Below, piece after piece: positions 29,469 through 38,030 of a stretch of 64,000 bases of DNA. The notes under the pieces are model-generated. The model was not told the origin of the DNA. It ran no database searches and saw nothing but the letters and a program-made list of their open reading frames with translations. Where the stretch lies: IMG/VR virus record IMGVR_UViG_3300034101_006118, one strand, 5' to 3'. The translations under genes and the position numbers were made by a program. Within the stretch, counting starts at the first letter, position 1, and each line of letters starts with the position of its first letter. The DNA comes from an uncultured virus (IMG/VR IMGVR_UViG_3300034101_006118). Its lineage: Duplodnaviria > Heunggongvirae > Uroviricota > Caudoviricetes.

Positions 29469-29707
29469 CAAGAACACTTGGTCTTGCCGCATTCCTTGCA
29501 GCACTTGCAATCTTTGCAGCATTCGCCTTTAAGTGTGCAAGAATTGTTGTCGCAGCATTTGCACACGCATTTGCATGGCACATGACAATCGCAAGTTCCT
29601 TTGCAGCATTCGCAAGAACAGCATTTCTTACTCATGCCGCATCCGACAAAGAATCCAATGATGATAACAGCTATGATGCCCAGAATGTTTTCATAAAAGT
29701 TGTTCAT
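29465..29707 (-). CDS. membrane-anchored metallothionein-like Cys-rich protein
   Basis: Hydrophobic N-terminus, FVGC, 22 Cys in 80 aa; AGGAG SD. Confidence 0.65.
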   Translation of the reverse strand: MNNFYENILGIIAVIIIGFFVGCGMSKKCCSCECCKGTCDCHVPCKCVCKCCDNNSCTLKGECCKDCKCCKECGKTKCSC

Positions 29708-29750
29708 GTTTGTTTCTCCTTCTAAAATATATAGTTGAGAACAAACAAAC

Positions 29751-30041
29751 ATGCCAAGAAGAAAAAACAATATAGACAAAAAAGCAAAAAAGAAGGGAAA
29801 AGGCAAATGTAGATTTTGTCCTTGTGACACTTATGAATTGTTGGATTTGCATAGGATAACTGAGGGAAATGAGGGAGGAATCTATTCCGACCAGAATACA
29901 GTTGTGGTTTGTGCGAACTGTCACAGGAAGATTCATGCCGGAATAATCAAAATAGACAGACAATATTCAACCATGTCAGGAAGATGGTGTTTGCATTATT
30001 GGATTGATGATGAGGAATATTGGTCAGTAGATGATAGATAA
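29751..30041 (+). CDS. HNH endonuclease
   Basis: CRFC...LHRI...N..VCANCHRKIH. Confidence 0.8.
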   Translation: MPRRKNNIDKKAKKKGKGKCRFCPCDTYELLDLHRITEGNEGGIYSDQNTVVVCANCHRKIHAGIIKIDRQYSTMSGRWCLHYWIDDEEYWSVDDR

Positions 30042-30044
30042 TTC

Positions 30045-30224
30045 ATGCTTACATTTCAAAGTTTTTTAGAGAATAAGCTGAGAAAAGGTACATTTGACTT
30101 TGGAACAGTCCGTAGTCCTGCGAGGTTGATTGCCAAGGGGACAGCAAAACCGGCAAAACCAGTAAGACCAAATTTTTCATTCAAGGCTAGAGATGAAATT
30201 CAGGCATTTTTTAGAAACAAATGA
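30045..30224 (+). CDS. 59-aa protein below ORF-track cutoff (capsid-targeting-like N-terminus)
   Basis: MLTFQSFLENKL...FRNK*, translated by hand; TAGATA 4 nt upstream. Confidence 0.5.
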   Translation: MLTFQSFLENKLRKGTFDFGTVRSPARLIAKGTAKPAKPVRPNFSFKARDEIQAFFRNK

Positions 30225-30441
30225 AAATATTCAAAATCTTGCTGACAGGGGCGGAGTTGATATTAAAGGATTGAAAACCAATCAGCTTTCCGTTGGTTTG
30301 AGGGTAGAGAAAGAACACAAGGGAAAAATGGGAAGAGATACAGAAGTTGCCAAAAATGATGTTGATGTTCTTAAAATTGCTGTTGCTCATTTGAGGGAAG
30401 GCCCATATTATTATTTCAAGCTAATTAAAGCAGGTCTTTAA
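30193..30441 (+). CDS. DUF5661-like protein
   Basis: GLRVEKEH ... KIAVAHLRE.PYYY.KL. Confidence 0.6.
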   Translation: MKFRHFLETNENIQNLADRGGVDIKGLKTNQLSVGLRVEKEHKGKMGRDTEVAKNDVDVLKIAVAHLREGPYYYFKLIKAGL

Positions 30442-30463
30442 TTTAACTCTAGGAGTTTGAAAT

Positions 30464-30868
30464 ATGCGTAGTTTTAATGAATTTATGGAATCCAAGATTT
30501 TCAATGAAAATGACTTGGATCATTATGCTCAAGTAAGTGATGAGGCTTTGGACAATGCTTATCATTATGGCCGTTCAAAGCCCGGAACATTTGGATATGA
30601 GGCCAATAAGGGTAGCGCCAAGTTCGCTCTTAATTTGATGCAAAATGGCGAAACAGACATTGAGAAAATTTCTGATGCTATTCATAAAGGCTGGGCCAGT
30701 GTGGCGACCACATATGATGATCCCATTTATGCGACCAAGCCTGAGAAGAAGGAAAACAGGATGAAGTTGGCAAATACTTCTTACTCTGACTTGTCAGAAG
30801 ACGAGAAAGAAAAGGACAGAGTTGTTGCCAGATCTTTGCTACAAGCATACCAGCAAAATAATACTTAA
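30464..30868 (+). CDS. RyR-repeat-like domain protein
   Basis: SDAIHKGW ... YSDLSEDEKEKDR. Confidence 0.55.
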   Translation: MRSFNEFMESKIFNENDLDHYAQVSDEALDNAYHYGRSKPGTFGYEANKGSAKFALNLMQNGETDIEKISDAIHKGWASVATTYDDPIYATKPEKKENRMKLANTSYSDLSEDEKEKDRVVARSLLQAYQQNNT

Positions 30869-30890
30869 AAAAATCATACTACCTTAGTTT

Positions 30891-31481
30891 ATGATTTCTT
30901 CACTTGGCAATGGTTTGACGATTGCCATTAATTGTGATTATTTGCCACATCATGACTGGATGTCTTTTTTGACATATTGGTCAATAGCCAAGACTTTGCC
31001 GGATTGCAAGGTCTTGGCTACATGTGTTAGGCAAAAAATGAATATGGATATTTTTAATTGGCCAAGAAAATGCAATGTACAATTCGCATATCACAAGCCA
31101 ATGGTTGATGAAGAGTTGTATAATTTTATAATGACAAGTCCGAAATTTGAAAAGACAAAGTCTTTATTGTTTGTCAAACCCGAAATTATTTTCATAAGGG
31201 ATTTTGAGGAAGCAAATTTTCCAGTTGAAAAAATTCATGATTTTAAGGGTATTTCTGAGATCGATGGTTTGGTAAGTGATTCAAAATCTGAAAATTCTAC
31301 CGTTTGCTGTGATTATTCAAATGGTTGGGGTAAGTTTGTGACTTCCAAGTGGATAAATAAAACAAGCATACCTTTTTCAAGAATTGATTTTTCTTGCATG
31401 GGAATGACTGTGAATGAAAACAGAATTGCAGGGATTTGGAAATCAGCATCAAAGATATACCCAAGTTTATCAAGGGGATAA
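30891..31481 (+). CDS. hypothetical protein (possibly degenerate GT-A fold)
   Basis: 196-aa ORF. Confidence 0.55.
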   Translation: MISSLGNGLTIAINCDYLPHHDWMSFLTYWSIAKTLPDCKVLATCVRQKMNMDIFNWPRKCNVQFAYHKPMVDEELYNFIMTSPKFEKTKSLLFVKPEIIFIRDFEEANFPVEKIHDFKGISEIDGLVSDSKSENSTVCCDYSNGWGKFVTSKWINKTSIPFSRIDFSCMGMTVNENRIAGIWKSASKIYPSLSRG

Positions 31482-31482
31482 A

Positions 31483-31767
31483 ATGAGAAATTTTAACTAC
31501 GACGAAAATGAAGATTTTCGTGAAGATATCGACAAGTTTTTTGAGCAAGACGGAGAGTCTGGAGACAATTATGACGATTTCTTGAAAGAAGAATTTGCAA
31601 TTCAAGAGGCAAAAATTGCTCTTCAGAGCAGGGATATTAATCTTCGTTTGATGAGGACGGCTGTAAGAGTTTGTGAAAAAACTTTTCTTTGGTCTTTTTA
31701 TTCAATCGTTACTCGTATGAAAATGATTTCCGAAACATATAAAAAACTTAAGAAACTAGAGGATTGA
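31483..31767 (+). CDS. hypothetical protein
   Basis: ATG after AGGGGA. Confidence 0.55.
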   Translation: MRNFNYDENEDFREDIDKFFEQDGESGDNYDDFLKEEFAIQEAKIALQSRDINLRLMRTAVRVCEKTFLWSFYSIVTRMKMISETYKKLKKLED

Positions 31768-31768
31768 T

Positions 31769-32104
31769 ATGCCTTTTTATGAATTTTCCTGCAAGAAATG
31801 TAATCACCGTTATGAGGAGCTTACTTCTCACGATCCTTCGGGCAAATACAAGGATGTAACATGCCCGAATTGCAAAAGCAAATCAAAGAAGAAGCTTATG
31901 TCTGCTTGCAAGTACCAATTTGCAAATCCAGAAGGAACAGACCGCTGGAATAGCGAAAGCAGCGGACATGATTATAGATTCAACCATAATTTACCAAAAG
32001 TAATTACAGAAAGACAAAGAGCAGAAGAAGCAGGAAAAAATCCCGATCCATATAATAAGATAAATGACTTAGAAAGTGACAATTCATGGGGCGAAGTTAA
32101 GTAA
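31769..32104 (+). CDS. FmdB-family zinc-ribbon protein
   Basis: MPFYEFSCKKC ... CPNC. Confidence 0.8.
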   Translation: MPFYEFSCKKCNHRYEELTSHDPSGKYKDVTCPNCKSKSKKKLMSACKYQFANPEGTDRWNSESSGHDYRFNHNLPKVITERQRAEEAGKNPDPYNKINDLESDNSWGEVK

Positions 32105-32128
32105 AAAATAATTAATTCAAAAAAAATT

Positions 32129-32157
32129 CCTCGGTTTTTACAACCGGGGTTTTTTTA
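32129..32157 (+). terminator. intrinsic terminator
   Basis: CCTCGGTT-TTTAC-AACCGGGG-T7. Confidence 0.7.
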
Positions 32158-32232
32158 TGTCAAATTCTGGCTTATAATGTAATCGGGTAAGTCTGTGTCA
32201 TATGCAAACATCCGTAGGCCGGAGGCAATATA

Positions 32233-34308
32233 ATGAACAAGCTGCAAAAAGTGATTTCAAATTTCAATCGTGAACAGTTCAAGGCAATCAATACTGAAAT
32301 TTCTTTCTCAGAATATATTGATCTTTGCTATCAAAATCCAAAACTCATCCGTAATTCATGGCAGACCATCTATGACATGATCATGGAAAAGGGAAGTTAT
32401 CCTGTTGAGGAATACCGCAAGACATATGTCAATTACAAGTTTTTTGATGATCCAGATTGTCCAATCGTTGGCTTGACCCCGATGAAGGACTCTCTCGTCA
32501 AGTTTATCAAGGGAGCGGCAGGCGGATACGGGACAGAACGCAGAATTCTTCTTCTTCATGGACCTGTTGGCAGTTCAAAGTCAACTATTCTCAGACTTAT
32601 CAAGAGAAGTCTTGAGAAATACAGCAAGACTGATGCTGGAGCTTGGTATAGCTTCAAATGGGTGAATCTTCCTACAGGCGCTGATGGGATCTACAACAAC
32701 CCAGAATGCGAATGCCCAATGCACGAACAACCTCTTAAGTTGCTCCCCAAGGAAGTTCGTGGACAAATCATTGCAGATATCAACAGGATTCATGAAGAAA
32801 TCGCAACTCCACAAGAGAGGAGCGATATTTACACTCTTAAATGCAATGACGAACTTGATCCTCTTTGCAATTTCTTTATGAACGAACTTCTGAAGAGATA
32901 CGAGGGTGACCTTCAAAAAGTTCTTGACAACCATATTAAGGTCGTCAGAAAGGTCCATTCTGAAGCCAATCGTTGTGGAATCGCAACATTCCAGCCCAAA
33001 GATGAAAAGAATCAAGACAGCACAGAGCTAACAGGTGATATTAACTTCCGTAATATCGGAAACTTTGGTTCAGACAGCGATCCAAGATCATTCTCTTTTG
33101 ATGGAGAATTCTGTGCTGGCAACAGAGGAATAATCGAGTTTATTGAAGCACTTAAGCTCGATACTGCATTCCTTTATGACCTTCTTGGTGCATCCCAAGA
33201 ACAAAGCATCAAGCCAAAGAAGTTTGCTCAAGTAAGCATTGACGAGGCAATTTTTTCGCACACAAACGATCCAGAATTTCAGAAGCTCAAGAGCAACCAA
33301 TATATGGAAGCTTTCCGTGATCGTACAACCAAGATTGATGTTCCTTACACCCTTAGATGGAACGAAGAGCTAAGGATTCTTGAAAAGGACTATGGTCCCG
33401 GTAAAGTTCGCCAACACATTGCTCCTCACACTCTTGAAATTGCCGCTTTGTGGAGTGTATTGACTCGTCTTGCTGACGATAAAGATGGCAAGATTAGCCT
33501 TGTCGAGAAGGCAGAACTTTATGATGGCAGGCTTCTTGCAGGATGGACTGAAGATTCTGTCAAGGAACTAAAAGACAAGTATCCCGAAGAGGGCATGAGT
33601 GGTGGGATTTCAGTTCGATATCTACAGGACAAGATTTCCAACTGCCTTGCCAACAATCATGACTATGTCAACATGTTCATGGTTCTCAATGAATTGCGTG
33701 ACGGCCTTGACCATTGCAGCTTGCTTACCAATAAGGAGCAAGTTGGCCGTTACATCACTTGTATCGATCTTGCAGTCAAGAAGTTGACTGAAATCTTGAA
33801 AGCGGAGGTTCAGAAGGCTTTGGTCGGCGATAAGGAAGCGATTAAGCGTCTTTGCTCAAACTACATCGATAACCTCATGGCATATATCAACAAGAGCAAG
33901 ATTAAGGATCAGATCACTGGCCAAGACCGCAAGCCAGACGAAAGGCTGATGCGTCAGATTGAGGAAAAGATTCAGATTCCAGATACTGGATGTGATGATT
34001 TCCGCCGTCAGATTGCCGCCTTCATCGGCCATCTTGCTCATGAGGGCAAGAGTTTTCAATGGGATTCCAATCCTAAGCTTCGCAAGGCTCTTGAGGCGAA
34101 ACTTTTCGAGGATGTCAAGGACACCATCAAGTTAAGCGCACTCAATATGAGCGGAGCGAGTGTTGTTGACAAAGACTTGCAAGAAAAGATTGATGCAGTC
34201 AAGACAAGACTCGTTAAAGAGTTTGGATACAACGAGAGAAGTGCAACGGATGTTCTAGAATTTGTTGGCGGAATTTTCTCCCGTGGCGATCTAGCCGAAG
34301 ACGAGTGA
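32233..34308 (+). CDS. prkA: PrkA/YeaG-family AAA+ protein (serine kinase family)
   Basis: LLHGPVGSSKST, CPMHEQPL, PKDEKNQDSTELTG, SDPR, NRGIIEFIE. Confidence 0.93.
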   Translation: MNKLQKVISNFNREQFKAINTEISFSEYIDLCYQNPKLIRNSWQTIYDMIMEKGSYPVEEYRKTYVNYKFFDDPDCPIVGLTPMKDSLVKFIKGAAGGYGTERRILLLHGPVGSSKSTILRLIKRSLEKYSKTDAGAWYSFKWVNLPTGADGIYNNPECECPMHEQPLKLLPKEVRGQIIADINRIHEEIATPQERSDIYTLKCNDELDPLCNFFMNELLKRYEGDLQKVLDNHIKVVRKVHSEANRCGIATFQPKDEKNQDSTELTGDINFRNIGNFGSDSDPRSFSFDGEFCAGNRGIIEFIEALKLDTAFLYDLLGASQEQSIKPKKFAQVSIDEAIFSHTNDPEFQKLKSNQYMEAFRDRTTKIDVPYTLRWNEELRILEKDYGPGKVRQHIAPHTLEIAALWSVLTRLADDKDGKISLVEKAELYDGRLLAGWTEDSVKELKDKYPEEGMSGGISVRYLQDKISNCLANNHDYVNMFMVLNELRDGLDHCSLLTNKEQVGRYITCIDLAVKKLTEILKAEVQKALVGDKEAIKRLCSNYIDNLMAYINKSKIKDQITGQDRKPDERLMRQIEEKIQIPDTGCDDFRRQIAAFIGHLAHEGKSFQWDSNPKLRKALEAKLFEDVKDTIKLSALNMSGASVVDKDLQEKIDAVKTRLVKEFGYNERSATDVLEFVGGIFSRGDLAEDE

Positions 34309-34355
34309 TGATTGAATTAACTTTATAAAAAGGTGACGATCAGTAAGGAGGATTC

Positions 34356-34577
34356 ATGACCATTCAGAACCATTGGTTACAGTCTGCTCAAGTCAAGCAA
34401 CTCATGAAAGAAATTGATGAGATTGCTATGGATATTTGGTCACAAGATGGAACTCTTGGCGATCTGTTTTCTGCCTTGAATGACGATCATACTGATCTTC
34501 TTTTCTCGATGAAGATCAAGGACTTTGCAAGCGATCCAAATGACATGTCATGCGGTATCGAGCTTGTTTCTCCTTAA
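34356..34577 (+). CDS. small acidic hypothetical protein inside the prkA operon
   Basis: Strong AAGGAGG SD. Confidence 0.65.
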   Translation: MTIQNHWLQSAQVKQLMKEIDEIAMDIWSQDGTLGDLFSALNDDHTDLLFSMKIKDFASDPNDMSCGIELVSP

Positions 34578-34583
34578 CCAGAA

Positions 34584-34606
34584 AGGAATCCGTCACAAGA
34601 TGACGG
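34584..34606 (+). promoter_or_regulatory. CRISPR-handle-like hairpin upstream of yeaH
   Basis: AGGAATCCGTC-ACAAGAT-GACGG, 19/23 identical to repeat 3' handle, ends 7 nt before ATG. Confidence 0.55.
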
Positions 34607-34613
34607 TTAAGCT

Positions 34614-35831
34614 ATGCCTCGTCGCATTCATGAAGATTGGCAGCATTTCCGTGATGTAATTTCAGGGCGAATCAGAAAAGCCCTGAAAAAATTCATCAAG
34701 AGCGGACAGATCGTCAAAAATCGTGGAAAAAATGGCAAGATTTCCATTAACATCCCGAAAATTGACATTCCTCATATTGTTTATGGAAATAGTGGCGAGG
34801 GAGTTGGAAGAGGGGATGGTAAAGAAGGAGATGTCATAGGCAAAGATCCGCAAAATGGCAAGGGAAAAGGCAATGGAGCAGGTCAAGGAGAGGCTGAAGG
34901 AATCACAATCAATCTTGATTTGGAAGATGTCCTGAGGTTTATGCAGGACGAACTTCAACTCCCAAATCTAAAGAAAAAGCCAAATGAAATTTACGATGAA
35001 ATTAAAATCAAGTATAACAATATCAGTCTGATAGGACCAGAATCTCTTAGGCACAATAGAAGAACTCTCATGCAGACCTTGAAGCGTCAGGCTGCTGAGG
35101 GAACTCTTGAAAAACTAAATCATGTTGCTGGAATTAAAGACCCAGTCAGAGTTCTACAGCCAATCAATGAAGATAAGAGATACAGACAATTTAACGAAAT
35201 TAAAATACCAAGCAGTAATGCTTTGATTGTCTTTGCCCGTGACGGATCTGGTTCCATGGATCAGGCCAAGTGTGAAATCGTCAGTGATATGGCTTGGTGG
35301 ATCGATGTTTGGATTCGTCGTTTCTATGATCGTGTTGATCGCCTCTATGTTTGGCATGATAGTGAGGCCATGGAGGTTGATGAAAATAAATTTTATAAAT
35401 ATCGATTCGGAGGAGGAACAAATTGCTCCTCTGCTCTTAAATTTATTTCCAAGCAATTTGAGAACAGATATCCTCCAGAAAAGTGGAACATTTATGTTTT
35501 CTACTTTACAGATGGCGACAACTGGGGAGAAGACAATCAGATTTTCATTGATACTCTTGCCAATGATTTTAAGCCTAATGTAGTCAATTTTACGGGTATC
35601 ACACAGATTCTCGCATCATCCTATTCTGATTCAATCAAGCATCATGTTGATGAAGCGATTAAACAAGGCAAGCTTGACAAGGATTGCGTCAGGACTGTTG
35701 CAATAGGTGGTAGTCCAGATGGAAGGTCTTTGTGGACAGCGCCAAGTTTGAGCGATGATAATAGGAATGAGCAAATCATGGAAGCAATTCAACAACTTCT
35801 AGGAAACCCAAGTAAACTATCAAGGGAATGA
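34614..35831 (+). CDS. yeaH: YeaH/YhbH (DUF444) VWA-like protein
   Basis: Gly-rich GDGKEGDVIG, LPNL, DGSGSM MIDAS, GGT, WNIY.FYFTDGDN. Confidence 0.92.
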   Translation: MPRRIHEDWQHFRDVISGRIRKALKKFIKSGQIVKNRGKNGKISINIPKIDIPHIVYGNSGEGVGRGDGKEGDVIGKDPQNGKGKGNGAGQGEAEGITINLDLEDVLRFMQDELQLPNLKKKPNEIYDEIKIKYNNISLIGPESLRHNRRTLMQTLKRQAAEGTLEKLNHVAGIKDPVRVLQPINEDKRYRQFNEIKIPSSNALIVFARDGSGSMDQAKCEIVSDMAWWIDVWIRRFYDRVDRLYVWHDSEAMEVDENKFYKYRFGGGTNCSSALKFISKQFENRYPPEKWNIYVFYFTDGDNWGEDNQIFIDTLANDFKPNVVNFTGITQILASSYSDSIKHHVDEAIKQGKLDKDCVRTVAIGGSPDGRSLWTAPSLSDDNRNEQIMEAIQQLLGNPSKLSRE

Positions 35832-35832
35832 T

Positions 35833-37428
35833 ATGAGCAGTAAATTTTTTCATGGTTCTAGCCTGCTTATGGGTGACAATACCGTTCCCGGTGTTCAACT
35901 TTCAAAAGAACTTAAAGAATACATACCCAAAATTCTTCAAGCATGTCGTGATTGGGGCCTTGATTTCTATCCCACAGTTGTCCAGTTGTTGACATATGAC
36001 GAAATTAGCGAAGTTGCCGCTTATGGTGGTTTCCCTGTCCGTTTTCCACATTGGTCATTTGGGATGGAGTACGAAGAGCTACAGCGTGGATATGAATTCG
36101 GTGGACACAAGATATACGAAATGGTTGTCAATTGTAATCCATGTTACATTTATAATCTTGCTTCAAACACTCTTGCTGACCATCTGACTGTTGTTGCACA
36201 TGCGACAGGACACAATGACTTTTTCAAGAACAATATTCATTTCAGCGCAACTGACACGAATATGATGAATAAAATGGCGAATCATTCTGCTAGGATTCGC
36301 AATTATATGAGCAGATGGGGCAAAGAAAGAGTAACTGAATTCCTTGATCATGTTATGCGTTTAGAAACACTTATTGATGGTTCAGATGCTTGGACAGATA
36401 GGGTTATAAAAGATAGGAATATTCGTGATGAAAGAAAGTACAATAAGCCTCAATTATTGAATGTTGATAAGCAAAGGCTTTACATGGAGCCTTTCATCAA
36501 TACTACTGCATTTCGTAAGAAGCAGAATGAAGATGTTCATGAGAGAGACATAGCAGACGAAATTGGCTTATTCAAGGAACCAACTAAGAACATTTTGGGA
36601 TTTATTCGTGATAATGCTCCATTAAAGCCTTGGCAAGCCGATATTGTCTCTATGCTTTATGAGGAGGCGATTTATTTCTTCCCTCAAAGACAAACTAAGG
36701 TTGGGAACGAAGGATGGGCCTCCTTAACGGACTCTGTAATCATGGCAGAGCAGGGATTCATAAGCCTTGGTCAAAAGTCTGATGATTGCGGCATTGTTGA
36801 ATACGCTGATCATAAAATGGGTGTTCTTGGTGGGAAATACAGTATGAATCCTTACAAGTTGGGATTCTACTTATTTTCTGATATTCGTGAGCGTTGGGAC
36901 AAGGGAAGATTTGGGCAAGAGTACGAAGAATGCACGGACATGCACAAGAAAGAGAATTGGGATACAGGTGCTATGCTCGGCAAGGAAAAAATCTTTGAAG
37001 TCAGGAAGTATTATGATGACCTGACTATGATCCATGAATTCTTTACAGAAGAGTTTTGCCGAAAACAGGAATATTTCCATTGGAAACATTATCCAAACGG
37101 AGAATACAGGCTTGAATCCCGTGATTATCAAAAGATCAAGAAGGGTTTGATGCAGAGGCATGTTAATGGTGGACTTCCAGACATTAGACTCATGGAGCCA
37201 AATTACGGTGGTCGTGGAATCATGATGCTTCAACATTTTTCTGACGGAAGGCCTCTTCACGATCCTTACATTGGTGATGTTTTAAGTTCAATCCGTTTTA
37301 TTTGGAATAATGATGTTATTCTTTCAACAAACTCCGATGATGGTAAGGAAAGGGTTTATTGGCAAAGAGCCAATTACCTTGATATCACGGATAGGTCTAA
37401 ATTCGACAAATCTTTGAATAATTTCTGA
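35833..37428 (+). CDS. spoVR: SpoVR/YcgB-family protein
   Basis: GFPVRFPHWSFG, KIYEMVVN, HATGHNDFFKNN, PQRQTK.NEGWAS, NPYKLG. Confidence 0.93.
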   Translation: MSSKFFHGSSLLMGDNTVPGVQLSKELKEYIPKILQACRDWGLDFYPTVVQLLTYDEISEVAAYGGFPVRFPHWSFGMEYEELQRGYEFGGHKIYEMVVNCNPCYIYNLASNTLADHLTVVAHATGHNDFFKNNIHFSATDTNMMNKMANHSARIRNYMSRWGKERVTEFLDHVMRLETLIDGSDAWTDRVIKDRNIRDERKYNKPQLLNVDKQRLYMEPFINTTAFRKKQNEDVHERDIADEIGLFKEPTKNILGFIRDNAPLKPWQADIVSMLYEEAIYFFPQRQTKVGNEGWASLTDSVIMAEQGFISLGQKSDDCGIVEYADHKMGVLGGKYSMNPYKLGFYLFSDIRERWDKGRFGQEYEECTDMHKKENWDTGAMLGKEKIFEVRKYYDDLTMIHEFFTEEFCRKQEYFHWKHYPNGEYRLESRDYQKIKKGLMQRHVNGGLPDIRLMEPNYGGRGIMMLQHFSDGRPLHDPYIGDVLSSIRFIWNNDVILSTNSDDGKERVYWQRANYLDITDRSKFDKSLNNF

Positions 37429-37478
37429 AAAAAAACTATAATATTTCATTGCCAGACACCACTTAATAAGGAGAAAAA

Positions 37479-37688
37479 ATGGACGATACAAGTTTTCTTT
37501 TGACAGACGAGTTCATAGTTTTTTCACTAAAGATCAAATCTCTTTTCGACCACAAGAAGGTCAAAAAGGCTGAACTTAAAGCCTTTTATGATAAGACACA
37601 AGCAGAAATTAAGGAAATCGATTTACAAGCAAAGTCTCTGGAAGAAGAATTTGCTAAATGGAAGGCATCACAAAAGAATGTTGAATAA
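37479..37688 (+). CDS. small coiled-coil protein
   Basis: AAGGAG SD. Confidence 0.6.
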   Translation: MDDTSFLLTDEFIVFSLKIKSLFDHKKVKKAELKAFYDKTQAEIKEIDLQAKSLEEEFAKWKASQKNVE

Positions 37689-37965
37689 TGAAATTAAAGA
37701 AACAAACGAAATTGCAGGAATTGAATTCTTCGCCCTTTGGTTTTCTATTTCTTTAGGCATTGCTATATTTTTATTTCCCAATACAATTATTTTTAAGTCA
37801 ATTATATGGACTGGGTGCATAATTGTTTGTTCTTTATATAGTTTTATATCACTTGTTAAGTGGCTGAATTATAAAAAGATAGATTATTCTTTGGTTGCTA
37901 TGTTGTTGTGGACATTGAACTTAGTCTTGCAGAGTTTAAGTCTTTTTTTCTTTAGTCCTTTTTGA
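37678..37965 (+). CDS. small 3-TM membrane protein
   Basis: Hydrophobic ORF directly upstream of cas12i. Confidence 0.55.
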   Translation: MLNNEIKETNEIAGIEFFALWFSISLGIAIFLFPNTIIFKSIIWTGCIIVCSLYSFISLVKWLNYKKIDYSLVAMLLWTLNLVLQSLSLFFFSPF

Positions 37966-38030
37966 CTTTACAATCAAAATTTTTCGGTGTAGTTTCCTTT
38001 TGTCGATGATAGTATCGGCATGAGGAAACT

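Noticed and set aside
37479..37965. Small ORFs upstream of cas12i as cas2/cas4 or accessory Cas genes
   Set aside because: No Cas2 or Cas4 motifs; one is a coiled coil, the other a membrane protein
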